From Minisyncoccota bacterium (lineage in GTDB: Bacteria > Patescibacteriota > Minisyncoccia > Phycocordibacterales > CSBR16-193): a stretch of DNA of 64,000 bases. A model generated the notes under the pieces. It saw only the letters and a program-made list of their open reading frames with translations, made no database searches and was not told where the DNA came from. The DNA lies in NCBI GenBank assembly GCA_040905715.1, contig JBBDRA010000002.1, forward strand, positions 101,968-165,967, written 5' to 3'. Numbering within the stretch: the stretch's first letter is position 1; the number at the start of each line of letters is the position of its first letter. Shown one piece after another: positions 1 to 10,366 of the stretch. Both the position numbers and the translations under genes were made by a program.

Positions 1-2
1 CA

Positions 3-1553
3 AAGCAGTTTGAGCCGGGAAAGGTGCTCGGTATTATTTCTCGAGCGAAAGGAGAAGCACAAGATATAGATGAGTTTCTGGCACAGCAGCAACAAGTGGT
101 CTCGCCGATACGGCGAGTAGCCGGTGAGATATGGGGGAAATATGCTACGTTGCTTGCCGATGAAAAAGCACTGGATTTTGACGACCTGCTCTTAAAAACG
201 CTCCAGCTTCTGGAGCGGGATACTGAAGTTCGAGAGTTTTATCAAGACCTTTGGCGGTATATTCATATTGATGAGTATCAAGATACGAACCATGTTCAGT
301 ATCGTATCGCGCAGATCCTCGCCAAGAAGCATCGTAATATTTGTGTTGTGGGAGATGTGGATCAGACGATCTACTCGTGGCGCGGGGCGCAGATCAAGAA
401 TATCCTGACGTTTGAGCAGGACTATCCGGAAGCCGAGACCGTGGTTCTGGAAGAAAACTACCGTTCAACTCAGATCATTCTCCAAGCTGCCAATAACGTG
501 ATAGAAAAGAATCAATTTCGACGGGAGAAGCGTCTTTTTACTCAAAATACCGGCGGGGAACTCATTACAATAAGTGGGTTTCGAAATGAGGGCGAGGAGG
601 CCGCGTATATTGCCGGTGAAGCAAAAGACATGATCGCCAGCGGGGTGCCGGCCGAAGAGATTGCGGTTCTCTACCGGACCAATGTTCAGTCTCGGGCGAT
701 GGAAGAGGCTATGCTTAACCGGGACGTGCCGTATCAAGTGCTTGGAACACGGTTCTTTGAGCGAAAAGAGGTTAAAGATGTTATCGGTTATATAAAAACA
801 GCGTTAAACCCGGCCTCGATCACTGATTTTAAGCGTGTGGTGAATACACCGGCGCGAGGGATCGGCAAGGCAACAATGATGAGGATGATCGAGTATAAAG
901 ATAGCGAACTTGGCCCGAAGCAGCTTGCGGCTGCCGAGCAATTTCGCGCTATTCTTGAGAATATTCGCAAAATGGCGCAGGAGGCAGTACCGTCTGAGTT
1001 GGTAAGCTATGTGATCCGTGAATCCGGCCTTGACCGGGCGCTTAAAGCAGAAGGAACTGAAGACGCAGAAGAGCGACGGGCAAACATGTATGAGCTCGCC
1101 AACCTTGCCCGTAAATACGATGAACTTGGACCTGACGAGGGAATCGAGATGCTTCTCTCTGACGCGGCGTTGGCATCTGACCAGGACGAGCTAAAGGAAA
1201 ATAAGGCCGGAGTAAAGCTTATGACCGTTCACGCGGCGAAAGGCCTCGAATTTGATCGGGTATTTGTGGTCGGACTTGAGCAGGATCTTTTTCCACAGTC
1301 GCGTGAGGAAACAGAGGAGCAGGAGGAAGAGCGGCGTTTGTTCTATGTGGCTCTCACCAGAGCGCGCGCTAAACTGTATTTAACCTATGCCGGCATGCGC
1401 ACCATTTTCGGGAAAACCAACTTTCAGATGCCGTCCGAGTTTCTCGAAGACATCGACGATACGTTGGCTCTCCGCGACGAGCCTGAAGAGGTTACTGGCG
1501 GAGGAAGTGTTGGTATGCTGGATGACGACCCGATCGTGCGGATCGAGTGGTAG
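3..1553 (+). CDS. pcrA: ATP-dependent DNA helicase UvrD/PcrA (5'-truncated by the window)
   Basis: SF1 motifs IDEYQDTN, VVGDVDQTIYSWRGA, LEENYRST, LMTVHAAKGLEF, EERRLFYVALTRA; frame is open back to the window start. Confidence 0.95.
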   Translation, partial: KQFEPGKVLGIISRAKGEAQDIDEFLAQQQQVVSPIRRVAGEIWGKYATLLADEKALDFDDLLLKTLQLLERDTEVREFYQDLWRYIHIDEYQDTNHVQYRIAQILAKKHRNICVVGDVDQTIYSWRGAQIKNILTFEQDYPEAETVVLEENYRSTQIILQAANNVIEKNQFRREKRLFTQNTGGELITISGFRNEGEEAAYIAGEAKDMIASGVPAEEIAVLYRTNVQSRAMEEAMLNRDVPYQVLGTRFFERKEVKDVIGYIKTALNPASITDFKRVVNTPARGIGKATMMRMIEYKDSELGPKQLAAAEQFRAILENIRKMAQEAVPSELVSYVIRESGLDRALKAEGTEDAEERRANMYELANLARKYDELGPDEGIEMLLSDAALASDQDELKENKAGVKLMTVHAAKGLEFDRVFVVGLEQDLFPQSREETEEQEEERRLFYVALTRARAKLYLTYAGMRTIFGKTNFQMPSEFLEDIDDTLALRDEPEEVTGGGSVGMLDDDPIVRIEW

Positions 1554-1669
1554 GTATCCAGGTTATAGGTATTAGCTTACAGCTTATACAAAAAAAGAAG
1601 TCCACCTCTTTCTGGGTCGTGCGCCTCCTCGGCGCCGGTTTCACTGACGTTGTTATGGTACACTAATGC

Positions 1670-1697
1670 TACGTAATAGTTACGTAACTATTACGTA
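1670..1697. promoter_or_regulatory. Perfect 28-bp palindrome with three TACGTA hexamers at 11-bp spacing; candidate operator
   Basis: TACGTAATAGTTAC|GTAACTATTACGTA; TACGTA at 1670, 1681 and 1692, with another at 1775. Confidence 0.55.
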
Positions 1698-1803
1698 ATG
1701 GTTACTTCAACAAGCGAGGATCGATCGTGAGCTCGCTCTCGTTTCACCCGAGCGTAGTTGAAGCAAGCTCTGCTTACGTAGCATGTAATAATCCTTTTAC
1801 TCT

Positions 1804-1974
1804 ATGGCTCAACAGAATATTCAATTTATACGTAAGGTAACTCGTGTTGGCGGCAGAAGCCTCTCTATAGTTATTCCGTCTGAGATCGTTAGCGCACTTG
1901 GTATTCGAGAGCGCCAAAAACTTACCCTTGAGCTTGACGGTGAGAGGATCATTGTCCGGGACTGGAAAGAATAA
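1804..1974 (+). CDS. AbrB/MazE/SpoVT-family DNA-binding protein (56 aa, not in ORF track)
   Basis: Hand translation MAQQNIQFIRKVTRVGGRSLSIVIPSEIVSALGIRERQKLTLELDGERIIVRDWKE; fits the swapped-hairpin pattern RKVTRVG-SLSIVIP-LGI. Confidence 0.85.
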   Translation: MAQQNIQFIRKVTRVGGRSLSIVIPSEIVSALGIRERQKLTLELDGERIIVRDWKE

Positions 1975-2044
1975 AACTATTGCGTTTTTGGGTCGAAGGT
2001 GGTTGAGTAGCCTTATGCATGAAACCGAATATGAAACCGCAATT

Positions 2045-2863
2045 ATGAAACCAAAGAAATCACTCGGACAGCACTTCCTAACTTCAGAAGGTGCAGTGAA
2101 GCGCATTGTTGATGCAGCTGACATTACTGATGGGGAACAAGTGCTTGAGATCGGGCCGGGCCGAGGCGTGCTGACCAAAGCACTTCTGGATGCGGGTGCG
2201 CGCGTTGTCGCGGTGGAGAAAGATGAAGCACTTGCCACTGAACTTAGAGATCGTTTCGCTGACGCTGTGTCCGCAGGTACTCTCAGTGTGATCGCGGATG
2301 ATATTCTGAATAGTGATCTCGTTGATACTGAATACGGAATACTGAATACAAAATATTCCCTTGTTGCTAACATTCCTTACTACATCACCGGCGCTATCAT
2401 CCGGCAGTTTCTCACCGCTTCGCACCAACCGACGAAAATGGTGCTTCTAGTCCAGAAGGAAGTTGCTGAGCGCATTATTGCCCGAGAGGGAAACAAGCAG
2501 GGGAAGGAAAGCCTGCTCTCGATCTCAGTTAAAGCATACGGTGAGCCAAAAATGGCTGGTGTTGTGAAGGCGGGAAGCTTTAACCCTCCACCGAAGGTGG
2601 ATTCGGCTATTTTAGTTATTGAGAATATCTCCCGGGCTTTCTTTAAAGAGATCGATGAAAAGCAGTTTTTTGAGATGCTCCACCTTGGCTTCGGCCAGAA
2701 ACGCAAACAGCTCGCCGGTAACTTAAAAGCACGATTCAGCTCTGAGGTAGTAGAGCAGGCTTTTGTAGCGTGTGCTATAGATACTCAGGTGCGCGCAGAA
2801 GATCTTGGGCCTGCGCAGTGGCACTGTCTCGCAAAAGAGCTTTTTTCAATGCAGAACTCCTGA
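2045..2863 (+). CDS. rsmA: 16S rRNA m6,2A dimethyltransferase RsmA/KsgA
   Basis: PKKSLGQHFL, VLEIGPGRG, VANIPYYIT, FNPPPKVDSA; start set at MKPKK. Confidence 0.95.
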   Translation: MKPKKSLGQHFLTSEGAVKRIVDAADITDGEQVLEIGPGRGVLTKALLDAGARVVAVEKDEALATELRDRFADAVSAGTLSVIADDILNSDLVDTEYGILNTKYSLVANIPYYITGAIIRQFLTASHQPTKMVLLVQKEVAERIIAREGNKQGKESLLSISVKAYGEPKMAGVVKAGSFNPPPKVDSAILVIENISRAFFKEIDEKQFFEMLHLGFGQKRKQLAGNLKARFSSEVVEQAFVACAIDTQVRAEDLGPAQWHCLAKELFSMQNS

Positions 2864-2916
2864 AGTAGCTCTTCCGGGCGTATGTAAAAAAATGAAGCGC
2901 AGGCAAGAAAAGGCAT

Positions 2917-2947
2917 AGAAAAAGCGGCTATACGTAGCCGCTTTTCT
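2917..2947. terminator. Intrinsic terminator between convergent genes
   Basis: AAAAGCGGCTA-TACG-TAGCCGCTTTT. Confidence 0.75.
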
Positions 2948-2963
2948 GTTTATTTAATTTTGT

Positions 2964-3875
2964 TTAGTCGTCGTCTCTTGCCCGAATACGTAATGTATCA
3001 GTGACCTGACCTCCTTCACGGTCTGTGATGCGAATATCGACATAATGATTTCCATCGTCATCAACTTCGCCGGTTAGATACAATCCTCCTTCTTCAACCT
3101 CGAACTGTGTTAGGTGGTCAGGAAGGTCAGTGAGTACCTCGTATTCATACGGCCCCCCGGCGCCACCGGTCGCAACGATCGAGAGAGTAATATCTCTGTC
3201 TTCTCTAACTTCCCAGTAGTCAGGCACAAGGCGCAACTCGCCGCCGCAGGCGTAGCTTCCTTCTTGGGTCTCCTCGCCACACTCTACTGGTTCCTCATCC
3301 TCGTCAGTATCGTCACCGCCGGTGTCTGAGCCGTCGTCTCCCGAATCAGTATCACTATCAGAATCATCGTCTCCACCACCGGAGTCAGAGTCATCACTGT
3401 CACCGGAGTCTCCGCCCCCACCTCCTCCATCTCCACCTCCGCCACCCCCACCTGAATAGCCGCTGCTGAATTGGCAGCCGGGGAAACTTGAGCCGACCAT
3501 GGATATATCGTAGTCAGGTGTTTCTGAGCTTTCACAGAACGAGGTAAGGGTTACGCAGCTGGTTCCGGTCGTGACGAAGCCGAGCGCGCAGCTCTGAGGA
3601 AGCGGGTAGTAGTAGGTTTGGCGATACGCGGACATTGCCCAGCTCGTCTTGAATGTGCCGTCAGGGAGGCTGCTTTCAACTGCTTCGTGTTCCAGCATGA
3701 TCGTTCCATCGCAGCAAATATTTGTGATAGTCGTGAATCTTCCTCCGAAATGCTCTGATCCTCCTCCGCCTTGTGCCTCAATGCGCTGTTCAGGTGCTGT
3801 TACAAATACAGCTGTCGTGATCAGTGTTGTAGAGAACACCACTGCAACGATAGAAAAATAAACTGATGATCTCAT
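2964..3875 (-). CDS. Secreted or anchored protein: Cys-rich N-domain, Gly/Asp-rich linker, putative Ig/cadherin-like C-domain
   Basis: N-terminal hydrophobic helix; several Cys; GGGG/DSD low-complexity tract; ATGGAGGPYEY...ITD pattern. Confidence 0.65.
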   Translation of the reverse strand: MRSSVYFSIVAVVFSTTLITTAVFVTAPEQRIEAQGGGGSEHFGGRFTTITNICCDGTIMLEHEAVESSLPDGTFKTSWAMSAYRQTYYYPLPQSCALGFVTTGTSCVTLTSFCESSETPDYDISMVGSSFPGCQFSSGYSGGGGGGGDGGGGGGDSGDSDDSDSGGGDDDSDSDTDSGDDGSDTGGDDTDEDEEPVECGEETQEGSYACGGELRLVPDYWEVREDRDITLSIVATGGAGGPYEYEVLTDLPDHLTQFEVEEGGLYLTGEVDDDGNHYVDIRITDREGGQVTDTLRIRARDDD

Positions 3876-3886
3876 GTTTTTAATAA

Positions 3887-4831
3887 CTAATTACCATAGG
3901 ATTTATAAAAGAACGGTATTACATTGCTCTCGCCGCTTTCGTTCACGACCTTGATCTGTACCAAGAGCTCTTCTGGGAATTGTGAACGCACCTGATCAAG
4001 TTTGTCTGAAGGGACAGCGTTCAGTTGTTTTTCAAGCTCTTCCCCGACCGTTGTTTGAAGGGTGAAGGTGAGTGTTTCGCCGTCTTTTGAGGCCACCTCT
4101 TGGTATTGGTCAGGCTGAGTATGGTTGGTCATGACCGTGTTGCGTCTGGTGTTAAAATTGTGTCCGTAGAGCGTTATTTTGTCACCATTCGTGCCCTTAG
4201 CCGGTTCAATGCGAGTGATCTTTGGCTCGTTCCATAAGCCGGTCACTGCGGGCGCATTACTTTCTTTCGGATCTTCCTCAGAAGTGTTTAGTTCAATATT
4301 TGCTTCGCTTGTTTGCTTCGGGGTAGATCCACCACCTACAAATTCGTTGAGCTTTTGACGTGTTGTCTGTCCCACAAAACCGGTTCCATGTGCGAGGTTC
4401 CATGGGTCCAGGACCTCACTGCGATACTTTTCTTGAAAGGCGATCACCGCTTGGGTTGTAAGAGAGCCGAAAAAATCGGTCTCGTTGCCTGGCGAGCCTG
4501 CACCGCTTGCGGCGATCTGGATCCCGGGCACATTGTTTAGTGCTTGCTGGAGTGTGCGTACTTGAGGTTCGCGGTCGCCAGGAGAGAGATTTGAAGTAAT
4601 CTCACCAACGTTATTTGTTGGTTGAGAAATGTTTTGAAATGCGTCTATTTGTTGTTGAAGTAGTTTGATCTGGTTCTGGAGCGATCGGATCAAGTCGGCA
4701 TCTTGTGCATTTACTTGAGATGTGCCAAACAAGACACCGAAAGCGATAAAAGTTGAAAAAATTATCGAATAAGTAAGGATGCCTGACGCCTTTTTCGGCA
4801 CGCTTCTTTGTGAGATCTGTTTCATGTCCAA
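3887..4831 (-). CDS. Peptidoglycan-binding domain + IPT/TIG-like domain protein
   Basis: LSPGDREPQVRTLQQALN...GSPGNETDFFGSLTTQAVIAFQ...GTGFVGQTTRQKLN; ITRIEPAKGTNGDKITLYGHNF. Confidence 0.8.
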   Translation of the reverse strand: MDMKQISQRSVPKKASGILTYSIIFSTFIAFGVLFGTSQVNAQDADLIRSLQNQIKLLQQQIDAFQNISQPTNNVGEITSNLSPGDREPQVRTLQQALNNVPGIQIAASGAGSPGNETDFFGSLTTQAVIAFQEKYRSEVLDPWNLAHGTGFVGQTTRQKLNEFVGGGSTPKQTSEANIELNTSEEDPKESNAPAVTGLWNEPKITRIEPAKGTNGDKITLYGHNFNTRRNTVMTNHTQPDQYQEVASKDGETLTFTLQTTVGEELEKQLNAVPSDKLDQVRSQFPEELLVQIKVVNESGESNVIPFFYKSYGN

Positions 4832-4894
4832 AGTATACCACCAGCGATTGCAATCAACAGGTTAAGGTGGGGAAAAGTCTGATACAATTTAGGA

Positions 4895-5845
4895 ATGTTA
4901 CCGAGCAAGAAATTTACTTTCGTTATTATCGGCGTAGCGGTCAGTGTAGGGGGAGCTGTGTTTCTTTTCATGGGACTTGACGCTGACTCCGTGCCGTATT
5001 CACGTGATGGATTTTCTGCGGTTGCGAGAGGAGGTGCGGATGAGTTAGGTGGCCCGAATATCTCCGGCGACAGGCCGGAAAGCAGTTCAAAAGAGTCTTC
5101 GGAGGAAGATCAAGAAGTGCGTGGTCACTCAACAGCTTCAACAGATAGCGATAAAACAGCAGAATCCACAGAAATTTCTCAGCAGAGTCAAAATATGACG
5201 GATCATTATCCGGAAGATTCCTGGACAAGAGAGTTTCTTGAATACTACAACCAAACAGTTGATGAGCCGCTTATTAATTACAGTGACATAAGCGAGTTTG
5301 ACCGATCAAAGGCGCTTCGCGGCTTTCTTGAGCGGGCGGACGTAAAAAATGAACTTCGTCGATTTCGTGCGTATACTCAAAAAGACCTCACTATAAATGA
5401 TAAGGTTGCAGATGAAGATCGCCGAGACTACGGTAACAAGGTTGCACAAATATTTATCGACAATAGTTCCCCTTACAATGTGACGTCACTGTCGATCTAT
5501 AGAAAAGCTCGAGAGATTGACGATGGAGGGTTGCGTGAAGAACTTATTAATGAATTGCGAAATACACGGCTGCGTTACGAGAGAATGCAAAACGAACTTG
5601 TGCAGTTGAATGTTCCAGAGGACGCGGTTGAGGTGCATCTTGCGCTTTTGAATAGTTCGAGTTTGCTGGAAAAGCGTGTGGCCGGGATGACGCTGTTCTC
5701 ACTTGATCCGATACGAGGAGTAGTGAATGCCGGAGCGTACAAACCGCAAAGCAAGTATTTTGTAGAGAGCTATGAACAACTGGTTGCGTATCTGGAAGAA
5801 CACGAAGTGAGTTTTGCACAGGGGGAGCCTGGTTCCACGTTGTAG
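4895..5845 (+). CDS. Hypothetical membrane-anchored helical protein
   Basis: 316-aa ORF with an N-terminal TM helix; first gene of the T4SS-like run. Confidence 0.7.
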   Translation: MLPSKKFTFVIIGVAVSVGGAVFLFMGLDADSVPYSRDGFSAVARGGADELGGPNISGDRPESSSKESSEEDQEVRGHSTASTDSDKTAESTEISQQSQNMTDHYPEDSWTREFLEYYNQTVDEPLINYSDISEFDRSKALRGFLERADVKNELRRFRAYTQKDLTINDKVADEDRRDYGNKVAQIFIDNSSPYNVTSLSIYRKAREIDDGGLREELINELRNTRLRYERMQNELVQLNVPEDAVEVHLALLNSSSLLEKRVAGMTLFSLDPIRGVVNAGAYKPQSKYFVESYEQLVAYLEEHEVSFAQGEPGSTL

Positions 5846-5896
5846 GTGCGGTATACTGAGTATGATAAACGAAACTTTTAGCACGAGGGCACTGTG

Positions 5897-7096
5897 ATGA
5901 CATCATTTACAAAACAGATCTGGGTAGTGGGCGGGCTTGCCATGCTTACTGTAAGCATGGGCGGTGTATTTTTGCCGTCTGCTGTGTACGCTCAAGGTGG
6001 CGGCCAGAGCGTGCCGGTGACTGATGAAGATCATATTGAGGTAAGCGAGGAGGCGAATAATATTCTCAGTAATATTCAAGAAACAAATAAAGAAAATCTT
6101 GAGCAAAATGCAAACGCCGCAGAGACGCTCAAAAAACTCCTTGAAGTGTTTACGGTGGATCACCCGGAAGGAGAAAAAGCATCCAAAGACGCGCTTGCTG
6201 AGAAATCAAAAACAAACATTGATGATTCAGTCGAGGGATACAAAGGATACATGAACAATCAGTACCTTCCGCAGTATGATTGTGAAGAGGGAGAGAATTC
6301 ATTTATTGAGACCGACCCTGATCAATACTACCAGGATGTTTCAAATAGTCAGTTTAATAGATTTCTTGTAGAGGAGTTTAGTTTTGACCGTGATGATCTT
6401 TGTGACAACGGCGACAACTACACTCCTCCCAACAGTAATGACACGCCGAACTATCAAAAAGGGTTAGTTCGCTCACTTCAGACATCTAATGCGCAAGAGC
6501 AGGAATTTGATCTGAATTACAATCTTCACGAAACAACTGACGGAAACGTCGATGAATTTATGAGTGGAGATTTTTCCCACGGCGGCTACGCCGGCCTGTT
6601 TTCGGCTTTGGGAAATTCTGATAATCATATCTACGGAGCATACACAAAGTCTAAAGGAGAATCAGAGCGGCGTGAAAGGGAAGCTCAAGAGATTGAGAGT
6701 CAGAAGCTTGAATGGAGCGGTGGGGCCCATGCTCTTACGAATAGTGATAACCAGATCCTTACGCCAGGAACGCTAAACCGTGACAGGTATGATAGAGCGG
6801 TTAATTTTTGCGAGCGGTCCCTTGTTGGTCTTGATAAACATCAAGAAGTTGCCGAGCAGTTAGATGAGCATTGTCAAGAGATCGAGAACAAGATCATGGA
6901 CGGACTTGCTCTCGATGGGTCGTTGCTTGATTCATTCGATCAGCTTATTAACGGCCTGATCAATCTTGATTACGAGGCAGAGTTTGAAAATATCATTGAT
7001 GATCTTGAGAGCGAAGCAGAAGACTACGTGAGCGACGTAATCGACGACTTCATCGGTGGCTGGCTTGGCGGCGGAGGTGGCGGTGGATTCCTTTAG
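5897..7096 (+). CDS. Hypothetical secreted acidic protein
   Basis: Signal peptide ending VYAQ followed by VPVTD; ~400 aa. Confidence 0.7.
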   Translation: MTSFTKQIWVVGGLAMLTVSMGGVFLPSAVYAQGGGQSVPVTDEDHIEVSEEANNILSNIQETNKENLEQNANAAETLKKLLEVFTVDHPEGEKASKDALAEKSKTNIDDSVEGYKGYMNNQYLPQYDCEEGENSFIETDPDQYYQDVSNSQFNRFLVEEFSFDRDDLCDNGDNYTPPNSNDTPNYQKGLVRSLQTSNAQEQEFDLNYNLHETTDGNVDEFMSGDFSHGGYAGLFSALGNSDNHIYGAYTKSKGESERREREAQEIESQKLEWSGGAHALTNSDNQILTPGTLNRDRYDRAVNFCERSLVGLDKHQEVAEQLDEHCQEIENKIMDGLALDGSLLDSFDQLINGLINLDYEAEFENIIDDLESEAEDYVSDVIDDFIGGWLGGGGGGGFL

Positions 7097-7105
7097 TAGT
7101 TAGTT

Positions 7106-9214
7106 ATGAATCGAGCAATTTACACAGTACTTTTCTTCCTCATGCTGGCAACAGCAGGATATTTGCGCTTCGGACCATCTTCAGCTGAAGCTAGTTTTCA
7201 CGACACATGGATCGGAGGCGCGGCTCTTATGGCATTCCCTCCTGTGGGTTTGGCTAATGCGGGGTATCAAGCAGGTTCTTGGGCGTTGTCTACTGGAGGC
7301 GAGAAAGTTAAGGAGATGGCCAGCGCTAAATTTATAGATATACTCGTCGACATTGCATCTTTCTTGTTCCAGTTCACTGTGATGTTGTTTCAGATGACCG
7401 TATATTTATTTGAGATCAGTCTTGAATGGTCTGTTGTTAAGTTTACTGAGAATATTGAAAATATCACAATGATCGATACAGGTTGGACGATCATTCGTGA
7501 CATGGTCAATGTTGCTTTTATATTCATCATTCTTTATATAGCGATAAGGATCATTTTACAAATGAACGAAGCAAGCGCTAAACAGATGCTTGTACGAGTT
7601 ATTGTCGCCGCACTGCTTATTAACTTCAGTTTGTTTGCTACCAAGGTGGTTATTGACGCTTCAAATGTTCTCGCTATTGAGTTCTATAACGCCGTTGAGA
7701 CAGTGCAGCCCGCGCCGCAAGATATGCAGGTTGAGATGCCTGATGGAACCGTTTTTGTAAATGAGGATGATCCAATAATCGTAAAAGGGCCGGCATCCGC
7801 GATCATAGGAGGTCTTAATATTCAAACATTATTACATCAGTCAGATGCCGATCCGACACTTAGGTCAGTAGCTGTCGTTTACATAGGAGGAACCGTTCTT
7901 TTATGGGTCCTTATGTTTGTTCTGGGGGCACTGGCAATTATGTTCCTGATACGTTTCGTGGCGTTGATATTTTATATGGTCTTCTCGCCGATCGGTTTTC
8001 TTGGAATTATTTTGCCCCAGCTGTCTTCGGTGGGAGGTAAGTGGTGGAACGGATTGTTGAAGCAAGCGTTCTTTGCTCCAGTTGCGCTTTTCATGCTTTT
8101 TCTGGTCTCCAGTATGGTTAGCAGTCAAAGCTTGGTTGCTGTCACGTCTCTTCCTCAAGGAGCTGCTAATCCGGCACTCGCCTCGGCTATCCAAGGTGAC
8201 ATAAACCATTTTGGGACACTAATGAATTACTTTTTAATAATCGCTCTTACCTGCGGAGCGCTTATTATCTCAAATAGCATTGGCGCACACGGTGCGGCGG
8301 CGGCTGTTTCTGTAGGCAAAAGGACGGCAAACGGAGCTCGTGGCTTTGCTGGGCGTAATACAATAGGTTGGGCTGCGCAAAGAGCTGAAGAGAGGTTTGG
8401 TGATTCGCGTCTCGCCAACACGTTTGTGGGTTCATCGCTCAGAGATATGACCACGCGCAAGCTCGCGAGCGCGAAGTACGGCGGGAAGAAATCAGCGGCA
8501 GACGCGGCAAAAGCAGAACAAAAACGCCGAGGGACGTATGAAAAAGTAGCTAGCGAATCGACGGCCAAAACCCGAGAGCGGATGACCAGATCAGTAGACG
8601 CAGAGGCTGAACGACATCAGGTAAATCTACGGGATGTTGAAGGCAGGATCTCACAGGATCCGCGGGTGCGAGGTCATGATGAGCGATTGCGGGGGCTTAA
8701 TAGTGAAGCGAATCAGCTGCGAGAACAAAAGAAGCAATTTGATGGTAAAGCAAGTACTCCTGATGCTATTCAGGCACGAAAGAATCTAGAGGATAAGGAA
8801 AAAGAACTTCGAAGAGCTGAGCAGGAACGCGAGCAAGCTATTCCGGGAGATCTGAAGCGGGAGCGTGATGCTGTGAAAAGAGAGGCTGAGTATGCAAAAA
8901 AGAACAGCGAGAAAAAACATGAAGAAGCAAATCAAGTTGCAAAGAAAATGGTGGCACGACAGCGCCAGAAAGCGTCCAAGGGTGGGTTAACTACAGCCGG
9001 CACGCAGCAACAAGCAAATATCCTTAAGGAGATGGAAAAAGGAATGGGTGACGACGTTGGGGAGATGAGAAAGAAAGCGAAAGACAAGCAGAAAAAGGAT
9101 CCGGCAGGCAACCTCGCTGATGCGGTTAAAGGCGCTATAGAGGCAGGTGTTATTGATATGCCGGCAAGTGGGCAGGGGCAGGATGATAAAGGTGGAACTT
9201 CTCAACTTAAATAA
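7106..9214 (+). CDS. VirB6/TrbL-like polytopic membrane protein with coiled-coil C-terminus
   Basis: GWTIIRDMVNVAFIFIILYIAIRII...AALLINFSLFATKVVIDASN...KWWNGLLKQAFFAP; adjacent to PrgI and VirB4 genes. Confidence 0.7.
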   Translation: MNRAIYTVLFFLMLATAGYLRFGPSSAEASFHDTWIGGAALMAFPPVGLANAGYQAGSWALSTGGEKVKEMASAKFIDILVDIASFLFQFTVMLFQMTVYLFEISLEWSVVKFTENIENITMIDTGWTIIRDMVNVAFIFIILYIAIRIILQMNEASAKQMLVRVIVAALLINFSLFATKVVIDASNVLAIEFYNAVETVQPAPQDMQVEMPDGTVFVNEDDPIIVKGPASAIIGGLNIQTLLHQSDADPTLRSVAVVYIGGTVLLWVLMFVLGALAIMFLIRFVALIFYMVFSPIGFLGIILPQLSSVGGKWWNGLLKQAFFAPVALFMLFLVSSMVSSQSLVAVTSLPQGAANPALASAIQGDINHFGTLMNYFLIIALTCGALIISNSIGAHGAAAAVSVGKRTANGARGFAGRNTIGWAAQRAEERFGDSRLANTFVGSSLRDMTTRKLASAKYGGKKSAADAAKAEQKRRGTYEKVASESTAKTRERMTRSVDAEAERHQVNLRDVEGRISQDPRVRGHDERLRGLNSEANQLREQKKQFDGKASTPDAIQARKNLEDKEKELRRAEQEREQAIPGDLKRERDAVKREAEYAKKNSEKKHEEANQVAKKMVARQRQKASKGGLTTAGTQQQANILKEMEKGMGDDVGEMRKKAKDKQKKDPAGNLADAVKGAIEAGVIDMPASGQGQDDKGGTSQLK

Positions 9215-9231
9215 TTGGTAGCGATTTACAT

Positions 9232-10263
9232 ATGACACTATCTCACGAGACAATAGGTAACTACATAAACGAACTCGATCCCGAGCTTAGGTCGTATTTA
9301 GTTTCCGACAATATTCAGGATCGGCTTCGCGATATTGCAACAACATACAACCTCTCCGACGAAGAAGTTGTCCGTCTTATTGATGAATCGTATTACGTAT
9401 TGATGGGGCTAAAGCCTGTTTCTGCGTTTGCTGATGAGCTTGCGTCCGGTGTCAAAGTAAATGATGGTGAGCTTGCTGAGATCATTGAATCGGTGGACGA
9501 ACAGATAATTGAACCCGTTAGCGACCTTATACCTTTACATGAGGACGACAAAGAATCGTTTGACGATCAACAATTAGATTCAACTCTAACTGAAGAGAGT
9601 GATGAGCGGGTAGTGACTGTTGCCGACGACCAGATGTCATCTGTCCCTGATTCTCCTCGCAAGGCGGCGCACGAAGCGCTATCATCAAAAGTAAAGAAAC
9701 ATAGCAACGTGCCGGCACCCGATAACCTTCCAGGAACATCTGGAGAACCGATAAGCGCTCCTCAAACACGGCTGCGATCACAAGGCCACTCTTCATCTCC
9801 GGCAAAAAAACCTTCACAAAGTATTTGGGATAAGATCTCTTTTCGTAAGTCGGCAGAGCAACAGGACGGTGTTGACCGGTCACTCAAGAAGGATGTTCCG
9901 CGTTCACCTTATGCAAACATGCCGGAAAGCCAGGAACAAAACGAGGGTCCGCAGGATAGCCAGCAGCTTGATGGGATTGACGTTAAGAGAGAAGTAAAAC
10001 AGCCGTCAGAAAGCGAGAAAGGGCAGAGAGCGTCGACAGCCAATTATTCCATCGGCGGATTTGATTCATTTCGGGAGACTGACCACGATCACCGTAATTT
10101 AAATCGTGACCAGGTGCTGGCCGGTATTGAAGATCCAGATGGAGAAACAAGGCCCAATGATACGGTGTCAGAAGAAGAGTTGCGCCAGGAGTCGCCGGGC
10201 ACGAACGACCCCGACCAAAGGTACGGTGAAGAAGAAGATCCATACAGAGAGCCTGTGGCCTAG
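9232..10263 (+). CDS. Hypothetical protein with disordered acidic C-terminus ending DPYREP
   Basis: 343-aa ORF within the operon. Confidence 0.7.
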   Translation: MTLSHETIGNYINELDPELRSYLVSDNIQDRLRDIATTYNLSDEEVVRLIDESYYVLMGLKPVSAFADELASGVKVNDGELAEIIESVDEQIIEPVSDLIPLHEDDKESFDDQQLDSTLTEESDERVVTVADDQMSSVPDSPRKAAHEALSSKVKKHSNVPAPDNLPGTSGEPISAPQTRLRSQGHSSSPAKKPSQSIWDKISFRKSAEQQDGVDRSLKKDVPRSPYANMPESQEQNEGPQDSQQLDGIDVKREVKQPSESEKGQRASTANYSIGGFDSFRETDHDHRNLNRDQVLAGIEDPDGETRPNDTVSEEELRQESPGTNDPDQRYGEEEDPYREPVA

Positions 10264-10366
10264 CGTATTGATTGTTATAATAATGCTGTGCACATATCGC
10301 ACCCTTCAGCGCAGAATATGGGGGGGTGGTATGATGACAGAGTCACTATGCCTGTAAATTAATTGT

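Noticed and set aside
1898-2044. N-terminal extension of RsmA in the ORF track
   Set aside because: It overlaps the AbrB-like gene, and family homology begins at MKPKKSLGQ (2045).
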